A stretch of DNA of 64,000 nt from Rhizodiscina lignyota. Taxonomy: Eukaryota. Every line of letters starts with the position of its first letter. The stretch's first letter is position 1. This document shows, one piece after another, positions 1 to 11,402 of this stretch. Position numbers and translations under genes: made by a program. The DNA lies in the NCBI GenBank assembly GCA_010015805.1, contig ML978131.1, forward strand, positions 930,001 to 994,000, written 5' to 3'. The notes under the pieces were generated by a model. That model saw only the letters and a list, made by a program, of their open reading frames with translations. It ran no database searches and was not told where the DNA came from.

Positions 1-744
1 CACAACGTGATCCTCGTTAGCCGTGGAAGAGTAGTCAAAGCCCCTTAGCTTCACCACGAATTTTCGAGTGGCGTCTTTGCAGACAACCAGGTTCGAGGGC
101 TTAAGATCTCCATGAATGATTCCACATTCGTGGAGCGCTTGAACTCCGCGTGCAGCATCAATGAGGATGTCCAGTTTATCTTCGATTGATCTAGCGTAGC
201 CTTGCTTCTGATAGCTCTGGACACTGCCCAGTTCCGGGTATTCAAGTACCAAAGCTGGAAGTATGTGACTGTTGCCATATTCTCCTGCATCGAAGTACGC
301 TATAGCTAAGAGGTCGACAACGTTTTCATGCTTTCGGATGGGGCCATGTCGAAGAATCTGAAGCTCCGTGGCCATGTCAGAATACATGTCTCCGTTCTCA
401 ATGGCATCTCCAGGTACTCGTGGGTGTTTCGCTATGACAAATTCCCTGTTCTTGAGAATATCTTTTTTCAATCCAGGGGGACAGGTGCTTGTTCGGACTT
501 TTCGAACGTGACACAACGATCCTCCACCCATGCTTGCGTCATCGAAACCTGGGTCTTTGTTCAACAGGAAAGGATAAAAATCGACAGATACATCTGAATC
601 ATGTTGAAAACAAATAGCCAGGAAGGCGATGAGGTCTGGGCATCGGGAAATGCGCTTCGTAACGGCTCCAAGTGGGTTTTGCAGATTCTCAGAGGCCTCT
701 TGAGGTTCCGTTGCGGCCAAACAGGACGATTCGCTAGAGTCCAT
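1..744 (-). CDS. Protein kinase-domain protein, 3' end outside the window; DFG replaced by GFD
   Basis: Manual translation from ATG at 744, open to position 1 (absent from the ORF track because no stop is in the window): MGGGSLCHV (Gly loop), VIAK, ATELQIL (helix C Glu), HENVVDL, LVLEYPELGSV, IIHGDLKPSNLVV, VVKLRGFDYS. Confidence 0.85.
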   Translation of the reverse strand, partial: MDSSESSCLAATEPQEASENLQNPLGAVTKRISRCPDLIAFLAICFQHDSDVSVDFYPFLLNKDPGFDDASMGGGSLCHVRKVRTSTCPPGLKKDILKNREFVIAKHPRVPGDAIENGDMYSDMATELQILRHGPIRKHENVVDLLAIAYFDAGEYGNSHILPALVLEYPELGSVQSYQKQGYARSIEDKLDILIDAARGVQALHECGIIHGDLKPSNLVVCKDATRKFVVKLRGFDYSSTANEDHVV

Positions 745-1201
745 CGAAATCAATGAGATCAATTTAGAATAGCCTTCAGAACATGGAATGAGGACAGAGG
801 CAGAAAGGAATTTTGGACCTGGGATGAAATGGCACACAAACAAAGCAGTTGCGGTCGAAACATCGTCGCAAAATCAGAACGATGAGGAGTATTGCGGCTT
901 CCGTTATTGGATTGTACATAATTCAATGCTGCAGTGGTCCTTCCAATTATTTTGTGATCTTTGACAATGAAGCTGGATCTACTTGCGTGATTTAGATGGT
1001 CGATGATTTTTCACCGTTGAAGCCCCTAAACTCCTGATTTTCTGACTCTGCCTCGCCTGAAAGTATGTAAGGAATGCCGGATATGTCGACTAAAATCGCT
1101 TCCTTCGACGAATCGCGCTTATTTGCGGAGTTGGAGACTACTTTAACGTTCAACTCACGGACCTGAAGCAATGTCAGCACACCAGTGAGACACAATGATA
1201 T

Positions 1202-1516
1202 ATGCAAGGAAAAAGAATATGGACAGATATCTGGGCGCTCCTCAAAACTATGATTGAGAAAAAGGAGTGGGAAAGCCTCGCCATCCGAATTGCAACAGAC
1301 CTAACCATGATTAGATCCATGATCGGGCAATCCAATATGGACAGACCAACGCATGTAACGTATAACAAATGCATTGAGTACTTCCGCGATAAGCATTTTA
1401 TGTATATCAATACATCAAACAGGGGTGCTCCGATGAAAGACGGCCGCGTCGTGACGATGCTCTCCTGGAAGACAAAGGATGGCACCAATGAGGGGCTACA
1501 GGAGCCATTTTTATGA
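1202..1516 (+). CDS. Hypothetical small ORF or gene remnant (104 aa)
   Basis: ATG-initiated ORF with protein-like composition but no recognisable motif. Confidence 0.25.
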   Translation: MQGKRIWTDIWALLKTMIEKKEWESLAIRIATDLTMIRSMIGQSNMDRPTHVTYNKCIEYFRDKHFMYINTSNRGAPMKDGRVVTMLSWKTKDGTNEGLQEPFL

Positions 1517-1690
1517 GGGATAAAACAAGGCACTGAAGAGGCAAGTTGAGTGCCAGCACATAATTGAATAGGAGGTCAACCTCCACGCGCGATTTAGAAG
1601 GTTAGGAAGTGTACTGAACCAAAAGGAAGGTATCAATTATCGTTGACTCTAAATTTTCGGGGTCGGGTTCGTAGGTATCCTAGATGATCC

Positions 1691-1717
1691 CCCTAAATTT
1701 GGGTAGGGTTAGGGTTA
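1691..1717 (+). repeat. Short interstitial telomere-like repeat (CCCTAA...TAGGGTTAGGGTTA)
   Basis: TAGGGTTAGGGTTA at 1704-1717, preceded by an inverted CCCTAA at 1691-1696. Confidence 0.45.
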
Positions 1718-2863
1718 CGATTTGAACCTGCGAGCTTTCTTGCTTCCTCTGTATCCCTTGGACGGTCTTCTGAAAAGCACCGTGTTCCACCGATGGATCC
1801 TGTATGCGCATGAAGCTAACCATTGAAAGCTTCCAGGTCACCGTAGTCTTTCGCGCGAGCTGACTCATCGTTCTTAAGGCTTCATGTTTCATATCTTCCA
1901 AATCTTACGGAGTTAGCACTCCGTCTACCTTTTCCATTGAAAGGATGATGCCGCTTCAAAGCCTTTCGGTTCCTGACGAAGACCAGGCGCCATAATTCTG
2001 AGATAAATATACCTCGAAGCCTACTCAAACGGATGTGGGATGTAATGTATCATTTTGTACTCCATAATCAGAGTACCCAATCTCCGTGCTGATCCCGCAC
2101 AGTTCACCTCATTCAGGTCGTTGATAGATCCTATCTGACTCATGAACAGCATGTGTCGTACACACAAATTCCTAAACAAGTCAGCCAAGCCCTCGCTGAC
2201 ATGCCCAAAAAATCCGCTAGTGCTTTGTTCTGTATTGTCATTCCAATCGCGCTCCTTTCTATTGAGCCCTTCGGGTCTCTTACCCTTGATTGTTACTCGC
2301 GCGACTCCTACGTTTGACAGCAGCTACTCATCTGCATAGGGATGTTTTGGAATTGAAATGTCGAGTTTCCTATCTCCGTGGCTGCTAACGGCTCTTATGG
2401 CCGCAGCCTCTGCATAATGCTTGCCATCATCGGCGGTTGAATGTGACCTGTAGGGATCATAACGTTTAAGCTTATTTTCTGTTACCTCGCATAACTAACT
2501 TTATCAGGTTAAATGGACCTATATCAAGCAACTAATACGAAGGTACCAGGGCCTGAATTCAAAAAACTGATGTCCGCTTGCAACCAAAGCGGACTGCACA
2601 TGCAGGCTGAACTCCCCGCATCTTCGATGAGGAGAAGATTCCGGCAGGGGCCAGCGGTGTCGCGGTTGTCGCACGAAACCGCCCTATCATAAATAAACTC
2701 CATTGGAAGCAACTATACCAGCGGGAAGCGCGGAACGAACCCGCACACAGCGGCATTACGCCCTTGGTCTGATGGCCAGTGCAATTTCCAACTGTATAAC
2801 AGCTGGCTTGCTACTGCTTCTCTTTTGTTCAGACAAGTAAAGTGAAGGAGAGGGCAACCAAAG

Positions 2864-4943
2864 ATGGCAAATTCACGAGCGAACGAGATCGATGGGCACA
2901 TGAATGGAATTGCGGAAGAATACGACTACATTATCTGCGGGTAAGTCTCTAAATGCTGAAACAGAGCGATGAACTATCGTTAATCACTTTGTAGCGGCGG
3001 AACTTCAGGCTGTGTAGTTGCCGGCCGTCTAGCCGAGGATTTGAATGTAAAGGTCCTCGTCATTGAAGCTGGTCCAGATAATGCGAATTTGGAGAATGTT
3101 CACATGCCGGCCGGGTACTACTGACCTTATAGCACCATGTATTCAGTGTGTTCTAACATTTGACAGATGGAATCAAAACTTCGAAAAAGAGACAGATTGG
3201 AACATCGTCGGCACACCACAAGCATCCTTGGATGGACGACAAGTCAAGCAGAGCAGAGGCCGCTTCCTCGGAGGTAGCAGTGGTGTCAACGGATGTCTTT
3301 GCCTAAGAGGCAGCAAACAGGACTACGATGACTGGGGTTTGGAAGGCTGGAGCGGCGATGAGATGCACAAATATATGGCAAAGGTTGACTGCCCACGAGT
3401 TGTCTCGGGTCACCGTATTGATAACTTCCCAGGCAGAAACACTTCATACAGAGCCATGGTTCAAACCCGCACCTGGTGAACATGGAACAACTGGCCCACT
3501 GCAACTTGGTCCACACAAGAACGCCCCCATATCAGATCTCTTTATGGAATCGTACAAGAGCATGGGTCTTCCGTATTATGACGACATGTTCACGGTTGGC
3601 GCTCCGCCGAATGGCTGCGGCCACGTGTTGAGGACCATTCACAATGGCATTCGCTCTACGGCAGCGGACTTCATCACAGTGGGACATCGACGGGACAATA
3701 TTACGATACTAGTCGATACTTCCGTTGACAAAGTCCTAATCGAAGATGCGGACGGTGGGCTCAAAGCTACCGGTGTTGCAATTGTGACCAAATCCGGGGA
3801 GAAGAAGACATTGCGTGCCCGCAAGGAAGTTATCGTGAGCGGCGGCGCTTATTGTAGCCCAGCGATTCTCATGCGCTCTGGTGTCGGAGCAAAGGAGGAA
3901 GTAGAAGCGCTCGGGATCCAGTGCAAAGTAGATCTCCCCGGAGTTGGCAAGAACCTTATGGACCATCCTCTCCTATTCTTCTTCTACGAAACTGACAACC
4001 CCGATGTCTCTTACGACCATTTGCTCTATCATGGCAACAGCCTCGCGTCGACGTACGAACTCTACAAGACCACCAAGACTGGCCCGCTTTCTGTCTTCCC
4101 CTTTGGGTCCTTCGCCTATGCCCGCATCGACGACCGCCTCTCCCAATACCCAGAATGGCGCAATGCTCCGTGCAAACCGGGCCGGGATGCGATGGGCCAG
4201 ACACCGAATCAACCGAATGTTGAGTTTTGGAACACTGAGGCTTACGGTGGACCACTACAGTATACCAATTTTCCGATAGACAATAAGCACACTTTCGGTC
4301 TCGTGTGTATCTTGATGAATGCAAAGTCGAGAGGTACCGTGACGATCAACAGCACAGATGTGAATGAGATCCCGACTGTCGATCACAATTACTTGTCCGA
4401 TCCATTGGATATGCTGGTGCTGAGTGAGGGATGCCATATGGGGAACGAGATCGTGACGAAGGGAAAAGGCACGAAGGACTTGGTGACTGGCAGCTGGCCG
4501 AGGAGTGAGTCACATCACTCGTACAAGACGAGAGAAGAGTGGGTGCCGTTCGTGAAGAGGTTTGCTACGACTTGTAAGTGTAACTCCCTGAATCTTGTGG
4601 AATTCAACAATCCTACATTACTAACAATATCGCAGGCTACCACGCCGCTGGCACCTGCAAGATGGGCAAGGCGGATGATCCAATGGCTGTATTGGACGAG
4701 AAGCTGCGAGTCAAAGGCGTTCAGGGACTCAGAGTAATAGACGTGAGCGTTATGCCGAGTAAGTCTATCAGCTTTTCTCCTTGAACCTCTTCGAACAGTG
4801 TTGTCTTCGAACTGTTCTGGAATCGCGACATTACTAACAGCACTAAAGACCTAAATAATGGCCATACTCAGATGCCTGCATACGGCATCGGCGAGAAGGG
4901 TGCGGACCTGATCAAGGAGGCAGCCTTGAGCGCTAAGGCGTAA
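2864..4943 (+). CDS. GMC oxidoreductase (AA3-like FAD-dependent dehydrogenase/oxidase), about 6 exons
   Basis: Spliced N-terminus [21 protein letters not shown] (FAD-binding GxGxxG), [39 protein letters not shown], and C-terminal YHAAGTC and [13 protein letters not shown] (His/His pair). Introns approximately 2941-2994, 3114-3166, 3383-3433, 4574-4635, 4759-4848; TAA at 4941-4943. Confidence 0.93.
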
Positions 4944-5246
4944 CTTGACAACACTGTAATAGAAGGCGAAAGGGTAGCATTGAATATTTGAAAATCGTCC
5001 GTTATTATGCGCAGCATTTCAACTTGCTTTTACGCCTATCTTCACAAGCCAGAGAAAGCATCATGTAAAGAGCAGGGTATTTATTGCGCCATTCCACTTT
5101 TTGCCTTGCAGTCCAAGCCCAAAACCATGAGCTATCGTGCAAAGGCAGATCCCTTAGTCCATGACCGACCCCTCATAATTTTAACAGTGCAAGAGAATCA
5201 TATCTCAATCGTTACTTCATGGTCATGAGCCCCATCGAAACCATTT

Positions 5247-7908
5247 TCAATACCAGAAGTGCGGCGAATTCAGACCTGCGCCAATACCGCCCGGTTGTGT
5301 CGGACCAGGCAAGCCATTCAGCAACGTTTCTGTGCCGGGCTCATTGATCCCTCCAAACTGGGCAACCATGTCATCCCAGCTTGGCCAGTTTACAACCTCC
5401 GCCATGATCTCGTCCTGTCCAGTGCTGGTCGGGCTGATTTGGTTGTTCGGGTCATCCAAGAATGTCCAGTCCAGTGGCACGTCCGGCTGCACAGCGAAGC
5501 CATGAGACATGTCCTGAGACATTTCCTTCGAAGCGAAATTATTGGGAGCAACAGTTGTAGGTATGTTGGACATGCTGGGACTAGCAGAGGGATTCGTTGT
5601 TGATGCCGTCGGCATGCCATTACTAGACGTTGTGTTGGAGGAGCCAGTCGTTGATTGTGGAGTACCCTTCGCACTCATGGCCGTGAAGCCGGTCGGTAAC
5701 GGTGTGAGACCAGTCGGCATATTCAGCACTTCTGCGCTCGCCACAGGACTGCCGTTTCCACTTGGATTCTCCATGCCCAATCCGTAAGGTGGAGCGAATT
5801 GAAGATCCATTGCAACAGGCTCCTGAGCCTGTTGTCTGATATTTGGGACGCCATTTTCCTGCATTCTCTCCAGATTTAGCTTCTCGAGCTCCTTCCCCCT
5901 CGCTGCTCTCGCCTTGTTCATCAATCGCCTGAGAGGGCGCCACAAGTGACTCTTGAGCCTGTTGTTCGCATACTCCGCGCCCCATCGCCTACTTGTTACA
6001 ATCTCCACTGCTCTCCATGCTCTCTCAACGTACTCGCCCTGGGTCCGAACGCACAGCCCGTTTAGCAAAAATGCTATGGCGTGCCACTGCACGTACGTCT
6101 GGAAAAGCCAACCCCACTTCTTCGTCCGCTCCTCGTTCTCGAGCAGGAGGCTGTACTCAATATTTTCCAAACTTGTCAAGAACAGCTTGTCCTTCGTCTC
6201 TTGAGGTAAGCTGTTTCCCCCGTCCTGTCGCTGGAATGGATGATATATCATCAGCCACATCTTCGACATGATCAGACGCGCCACTGTTGCAATGACCCAG
6301 TAGAGCGGCACGCTCATATCGCAATGCTTGAGATAGCGCTCCTCAATGCGCGCATGGCACTCGCTGATCCACTCCTCTTTCTTTTCTAGCGTGACGGTCG
6401 CGAAGAATTGAGTACACGTTTTTGGTCCTGGGGGTACGTATTGAATCCTGCGGAGGAGCTCGACAATTTCAAATCGAATAAGGCCAAAGGTCATTTCTGT
6501 ACAGCCAAGTTTGGCATCGGGGAAGGCTATCATGGCGGGTGAGAGATCTGCATCGTCTACGTTGAGAGGCATTTGTGTGTCGAAGGATTGCTCCGTAATT
6601 GTAGGGTCACAGCCGTGATCTTCGGAAGCGCGAGAGTCTAGGATACACACTTGCCACCAGAGGCGCCGACGCATCTCGATATCGAACGGTGCGAGGTCGT
6701 AGTGCCCACCGTCTCGATGGATGCCAAGTGTCTGTGCCATGCGAACGACTAAGCCTGTCAGGGTCCAGATAATTCGCGCATCGTCGTTCCGTCGGAGACA
6801 GATGAGGAAGATGACGAATGCTTGCAAAACAATCATCTCGTCCGTCTGTAAAAAGTCCGCTCGTGCGAGAGCTTGTTCGCATCCGAACTTGTATTTCATA
6901 ACCAAGTCTAGCTTTTCTTCCCCAAACTTCTTTCGCACATCTTCATTTGTCAAGCTGGTGACGGCACCATAATATATTGCGAACAAAAGCGCTTCGAGAC
7001 CGCGATGGATCTGATCCAATCGATGACGCGACTCAAGAATGGTAGGTTCAATGGTAGGGACGTGCAAGACTTTCACCAAAGGCTCGACGCGCTCCTTGAA
7101 AGCCTCCCAGTATACAGGGATTTGGTCGGGCGGTGGATGAAGGGAGAGCATATCAACGGTCTTGGAATTATGAGAAAATATGTATCCAGGCATGTTCGAG
7201 GAGTAGGTTGCAGATCCAGGAGATGAGTAGGTGCCAAACTCGTCGTCAGAGTCCTCGTTCAGGATTCCTTTGATGTCTTCGACCTGTACAATTCATGTTA
7301 AAGTATTGCTCAAAGACATATTCGCGCATACAACTGACCTCATCGCTTAAGCTTGCCCAAAAACTCGGATTGATATACCGACTTCTGCCTTCATCTACCA
7401 CCAACCTTCCAAATCTTGATTCCAGACCCTTAGTGCTGTTATCCTCGCCCAGCTTCTCCCACTTCTTCCTCTTCAACTCTTTCACCTCTTCAATCTTCCT
7501 CTTCAACATCTCATCCTCTGTTTCGGGTTTGCCACCATTCTTTTCGTCGACATCGCCATCCTCGCTCTCTTCGTCTTCTGGTACATTGACCCCAAGACTT
7601 TGTACCACGCCCTCCAGCCTTCTCAGCCTCTCCATCAACTCGCCATCCTGCGGTTTTCTGGGCTTGCGCGGCGCTCTACCTGGCGCAGGGAATATACATT
7701 CGATGTGCGCCTTGCTGCAGTTCGTACATGGGTGCTTCTTGTCGCATTTGACCTTTCGCCTCCGACACGTTACGCAGGATCGAGGGTTGAGGCCCGAGGA
7801 ATTATTTGCGCCGGATGTGGGCGACGCATTGCTAATAGAACCGCTCTTTTGGATGCCCGAGTTATTCGTCTGGTGTAGGATAGAATCGTAGGTGTTGTCT
7901 TCGATCAT
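5247..7908 (-). CDS. Zn(II)2Cys6 transcription factor with fungal-specific TF middle domain, 2 exons
   Basis: [27 protein letters not shown] binuclear cluster; intron ~7284-7338 joins it to the 5247-7193 ORF, which has AQTLGIHRD and [14 protein letters not shown] (Fungal_trans) and P-NVDD. Confidence 0.95.
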
Positions 7909-8914
7909 CGTGTCGCCAACTTCGATTTCTCCAATTCGGAGACCTGGGCTCCACAGGGCCCTGTGTGACGTCGTTCGAGCTTATTCGCCGGTTGTATTCA
8001 AATCTCAGCACGCGTACGCCTTGCTGCCTGATTCGCGCGACCGCTTATATCAGAGCTGGGGTAGGAAAAGTAATCGCAGGGCGAACTCGGGCAATAGTTA
8101 TGAGCGCGGCTGACGGAGGATAGTGTTGAGTATGAGAGAATCGAAATGTGTCCGGAGGGTCAGATTAGATGCGGCCCAGAGTTTGATCAAAAGTTGGACC
8201 GAGTCACAGACTCACAGCTGCATAATAGACTTGACATGGGGTAAAAAAGTGCCTAAGAGGGTGCATGGCGGGTGGGGTGAAGTTAGTCAGTGTGGCGTCC
8301 GGAAACGGACTCTAAAATATCCCGCCCTCTCTCCTCTTTCGCAGGTGTTTCAGGAAATCGGCGTGTATATGATTAGCTACATTAACAACCTGACTCGCAT
8401 GGCCTCTTCATTTGCTTAGTCCAAAAATACCGCATTCTGCGTCAATATCGGCGTTAAACGGATATTGAGTTGGACTGAACCTCATGTAGGACACACAGTC
8501 ATGATTCATCGCTGACTAAATCTCGGAACTTTACTTATTTAGATTCTATATCTTGGCCAGGGGAGGCATCCTCTATGGTATGGACTTCCGCCAGCCAAGG
8601 TACAACGCGACGAGGTCATCCATGGACACGGCATGCTTCTCCCTTCTCGGGCCCATACGTCGGGTCCGAGTCCGAGTCCGAAGTAATATAACGCCGCAGA
8701 GACGCCGTTCGGATGTTCAAACCGAGCGTCTAGGGTTTTGGACGACTTCTGATGGGTGTAATCTTACATATGTAAGATACACTGTACGGATACACCGCAG
8801 GTGATCGCAGAATCGGGGGAAGTGCCCGATCCCTCAAGCTCTCAAAATCATCTGACCGGCCAAGAGAGATATTAAACTATGTGTGACATTTTTCGTTCCG
8901 CGGAACTTCTGCTC

Positions 8915-10543
8915 CTATCTACATGTGGTGAAGTCGCTCACATTCACCACCGGAACGCTAAAGGTCGGCAAACAGAGCCGAATGTTTTCTCCTTTTAGGG
9001 TATTCCCAAAGACTCTCCCGTACTCTCTTTGCGTTATTTTCACGAATTCGTCATAGATGCCATCCTTATGCATCTTCATCTTCGAATACTTTGCAACTCC
9101 TCCGAGCAACGCATTTACCGTAGTGATCTTACTATCCCAGCTCACAAACGCTGATATTCCAATTCCATCTCTTCTCTCACTCTCAGTACTCCCATACCGA
9201 TTCTGCATCCCCTTTCCGTCCAGCATGTTCTTGTACCAGGCCAATCCGATACCTTCATCGAATAGCACAGTCGGAAACACACTGTACGGCGTAATGACAT
9301 CGAGCTCCTGCACTGTCTGATTCGACACCTCTGGGACGCCAGCATTGCTGATATACCCGGGGATCTGGCCAGTTACAGGATCGGTGATGTTGTTCACGCT
9401 CGCAAACATGCCTGGATTCCGGCCCATGAGGACAGAGTTGCACGTCCGCACCCGCTCCGCATTGTTATAGAGACGCTTCACAATCGAAACATCGAAATAC
9501 GGAAGTTCGAGGACTTTCCACTGCTCGTGGGAAGAGAGCCAGAAGCCTTCTTGCACAGTAATAGGGCCAATGTGTCGGGATGTTACCAATGCTCCAGAAT
9601 AGTTCACCTGCGCGCCGGAATGGTACGTCGACGAAGTATCATACGACCCAACGTATTCCTTGCGAACAAGCTGTGGTCGCTTGACCTCCCACAGAGCATT
9701 CTTATCAGATGACGAAAGGCCACCAAAGAAATAGAGCCACCACGTAAAGAGTTCACCTTCGTAGGGATCATTGATCAGACCCGTTCCTTCGCAGGTATAG
9801 TTCTGACTTGGAGAGTTCGGAGGAAGCGATTGGTCGCCAAGATCCGCGACTGCACATACACGTCCAGTCCCATTGTAGAAAATACGTGCTGCATTGGAGG
9901 CTGTATAGTCGAGCCACGTCTGCCATGCTTTCGCAAGAGTCTTCCACTCACGATTCGGAGATGATTCAAGGACTTGCACTGCGGCGTACACGGACCAAAT
10001 GAGCTCGCCATTGTCGAGTGCGGGAACACGGTTGACCCAGTCGCTAGTTGGTTGGATGTCTGCCTGGTCAGCGAGGAACCAAGGCAGGAAGCCACCATAG
10101 CCTGGGAAGGTCTGGTTGAATTTGAGATAAGTGTTCAGCTTCGTTTTCAAAATATTGGCTGCGATCCCAGGAGCTGCTTTTTGGTTCGTCGGGCTCAGGA
10201 ACGTTGCTGCCCTGGAGTCGCCAGCGAGAGCATGAACATATACCATGATCTGGAGCGATTCTTTTGAGGCCGCCGAGAATGGATGTTTGTCAGTTGCTAT
10301 CCCGGTGGTGCCATTAATCAGAGTTCCGTCATAGCTCATACCATTTGCGGTATTGTAGCCAATATTGTTGGCATGAAAGTGGCCCTCCCAGTAGAGGATG
10401 TCATTCACAAAATTTGTTGGGTTGTTTAAGATCTCTTGCTGCGAATGGCGAGGAGAAAAGCGACATGGCGGAGCTTGGAAGCAAGAGACAAGAGAGAGCA
10501 AAAGTGTGACGACGACCAAGAAACCTCTTAGAAATGCCATCAT
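8915..10543 (-). CDS. Secreted endo-beta-1,2-glucanase-like protein (GH162), intronless
   Basis: Signal peptide; motifs HPFSAASKE, GGFLPW, VPALDNGEL (D177), NDPYEGE (E262), SSHEQWK and VSWDSK resemble Talaromyces funiculosus TfSGL as recalled. Confidence 0.8.
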   Translation of the reverse strand: MMAFLRGFLVVVTLLLSLVSCFQAPPCRFSPRHSQQEILNNPTNFVNDILYWEGHFHANNIGYNTANGMSYDGTLINGTTGIATDKHPFSAASKESLQIMVYVHALAGDSRAATFLSPTNQKAAPGIAANILKTKLNTYLKFNQTFPGYGGFLPWFLADQADIQPTSDWVNRVPALDNGELIWSVYAAVQVLESSPNREWKTLAKAWQTWLDYTASNAARIFYNGTGRVCAVADLGDQSLPPNSPSQNYTCEGTGLINDPYEGELFTWWLYFFGGLSSSDKNALWEVKRPQLVRKEYVGSYDTSSTYHSGAQVNYSGALVTSRHIGPITVQEGFWLSSHEQWKVLELPYFDVSIVKRLYNNAERVRTCNSVLMGRNPGMFASVNNITDPVTGQIPGYISNAGVPEVSNQTVQELDVITPYSVFPTVLFDEGIGLAWYKNMLDGKGMQNRYGSTESERRDGIGISAFVSWDSKITTVNALLGGVAKYSKMKMHKDGIYDEFVKITQREYGRVFGNTLKGENIRLCLPTFSVPVVNVSDFTTCR

Positions 10544-10931
10544 AAGGACGTGGAGCGACGGGATTGAGGATGAAGAGAAGTGTCAATGAGTGAAGTGAAG
10601 CTGAGGACCTACCGTTAAGTAATGGCAATGCATCAGAGACACGTTCATTGCCTTGATTCAGTATGTGGCTGCACGCTTGTCGGTGGTTGAATTGGCGGCA
10701 TTTGCGGGGAAGTTCGTGATCGTCTCGCAATGACGAGCCGTTCCTGCATGAAACTCCGCAACGGACCGGTAGAAGCTCAGAATTGGGCCGACGTCATTTT
10801 CGCTTGAATATTCTGGGTATGGACCACTGGAAGCAGCGTCAAGGCGTGCAAGTTTGGAATTCCGAGAGATCGGGGAAATGGGCATATCCTAGGGATCTCA
10901 TCAGATTAGATATGATCAACCCCATATCCCC

Positions 10932-11402
10932 CTAACCAAACCAACACTCCTCAAGCGAAACACCATCCCCTTCAGGTTCCTCAAAAGTGTCCATGTGCGG
11001 ATTACCCGGGTCGCCGCAGCGTGTTACGCCTAAGCAAAGAACGTTAATTGTTGACTAATAAGGCATACGAGCGCACTCACGAAAGAAGATCAGCCCTTTG
11101 CGATCCCCTGCCTCTGCGTCATCGTAGTACCAAGCACAGTTCTCCACGCGTTTGCTTCCAACATCTATATGATAGAAGCGAGCAGTGCCATATTTCCTGT
11201 CTTTCGTCGTTTTGTCAGAGGAGGTGTAGTATTTTTCCAGCATGCTCTCCACATCTTTGCGCTGCGCCTGTAATAGCTGTTATGTCTCTATTGCTAGATG
11301 AAGTTCATCGGCGCTCACATAGTAGCCGCCGTCTCCTTTGCCATAACTGTCTAGCCAGTCCGTAATGGATACCCCATTCAGTTTTATGATGCCTTCGGTC
11401 AT
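10932..11402 (-). CDS. DUF427-like small protein, 3 exons
   Basis: Reconstructed MTEGIIKLNG...GGYY | LLQAQR...SDKTTKDRKYGTARFYHIDVGSKRVENCAWYYDD...GLIFF | RVTRCG...CWFG* across two GTGAG..AG introns; GTA-FY-I-V and NCAWYY match DUF427. Confidence 0.65.

Noticed and set aside
1704..1717. Telomerase RNA template (TAACCCTAAC on the minus strand)
   Set aside because: No pseudoknot or CR4/5-like elements were recognised, and a ~2-kb minus-strand TER would overlap the kinase CDS.
8663..8681. (GTCCGA)3 and similar micro-repeats (~14897, ~57337, ~60958)
   Set aside because: Ordinary short microsatellites.
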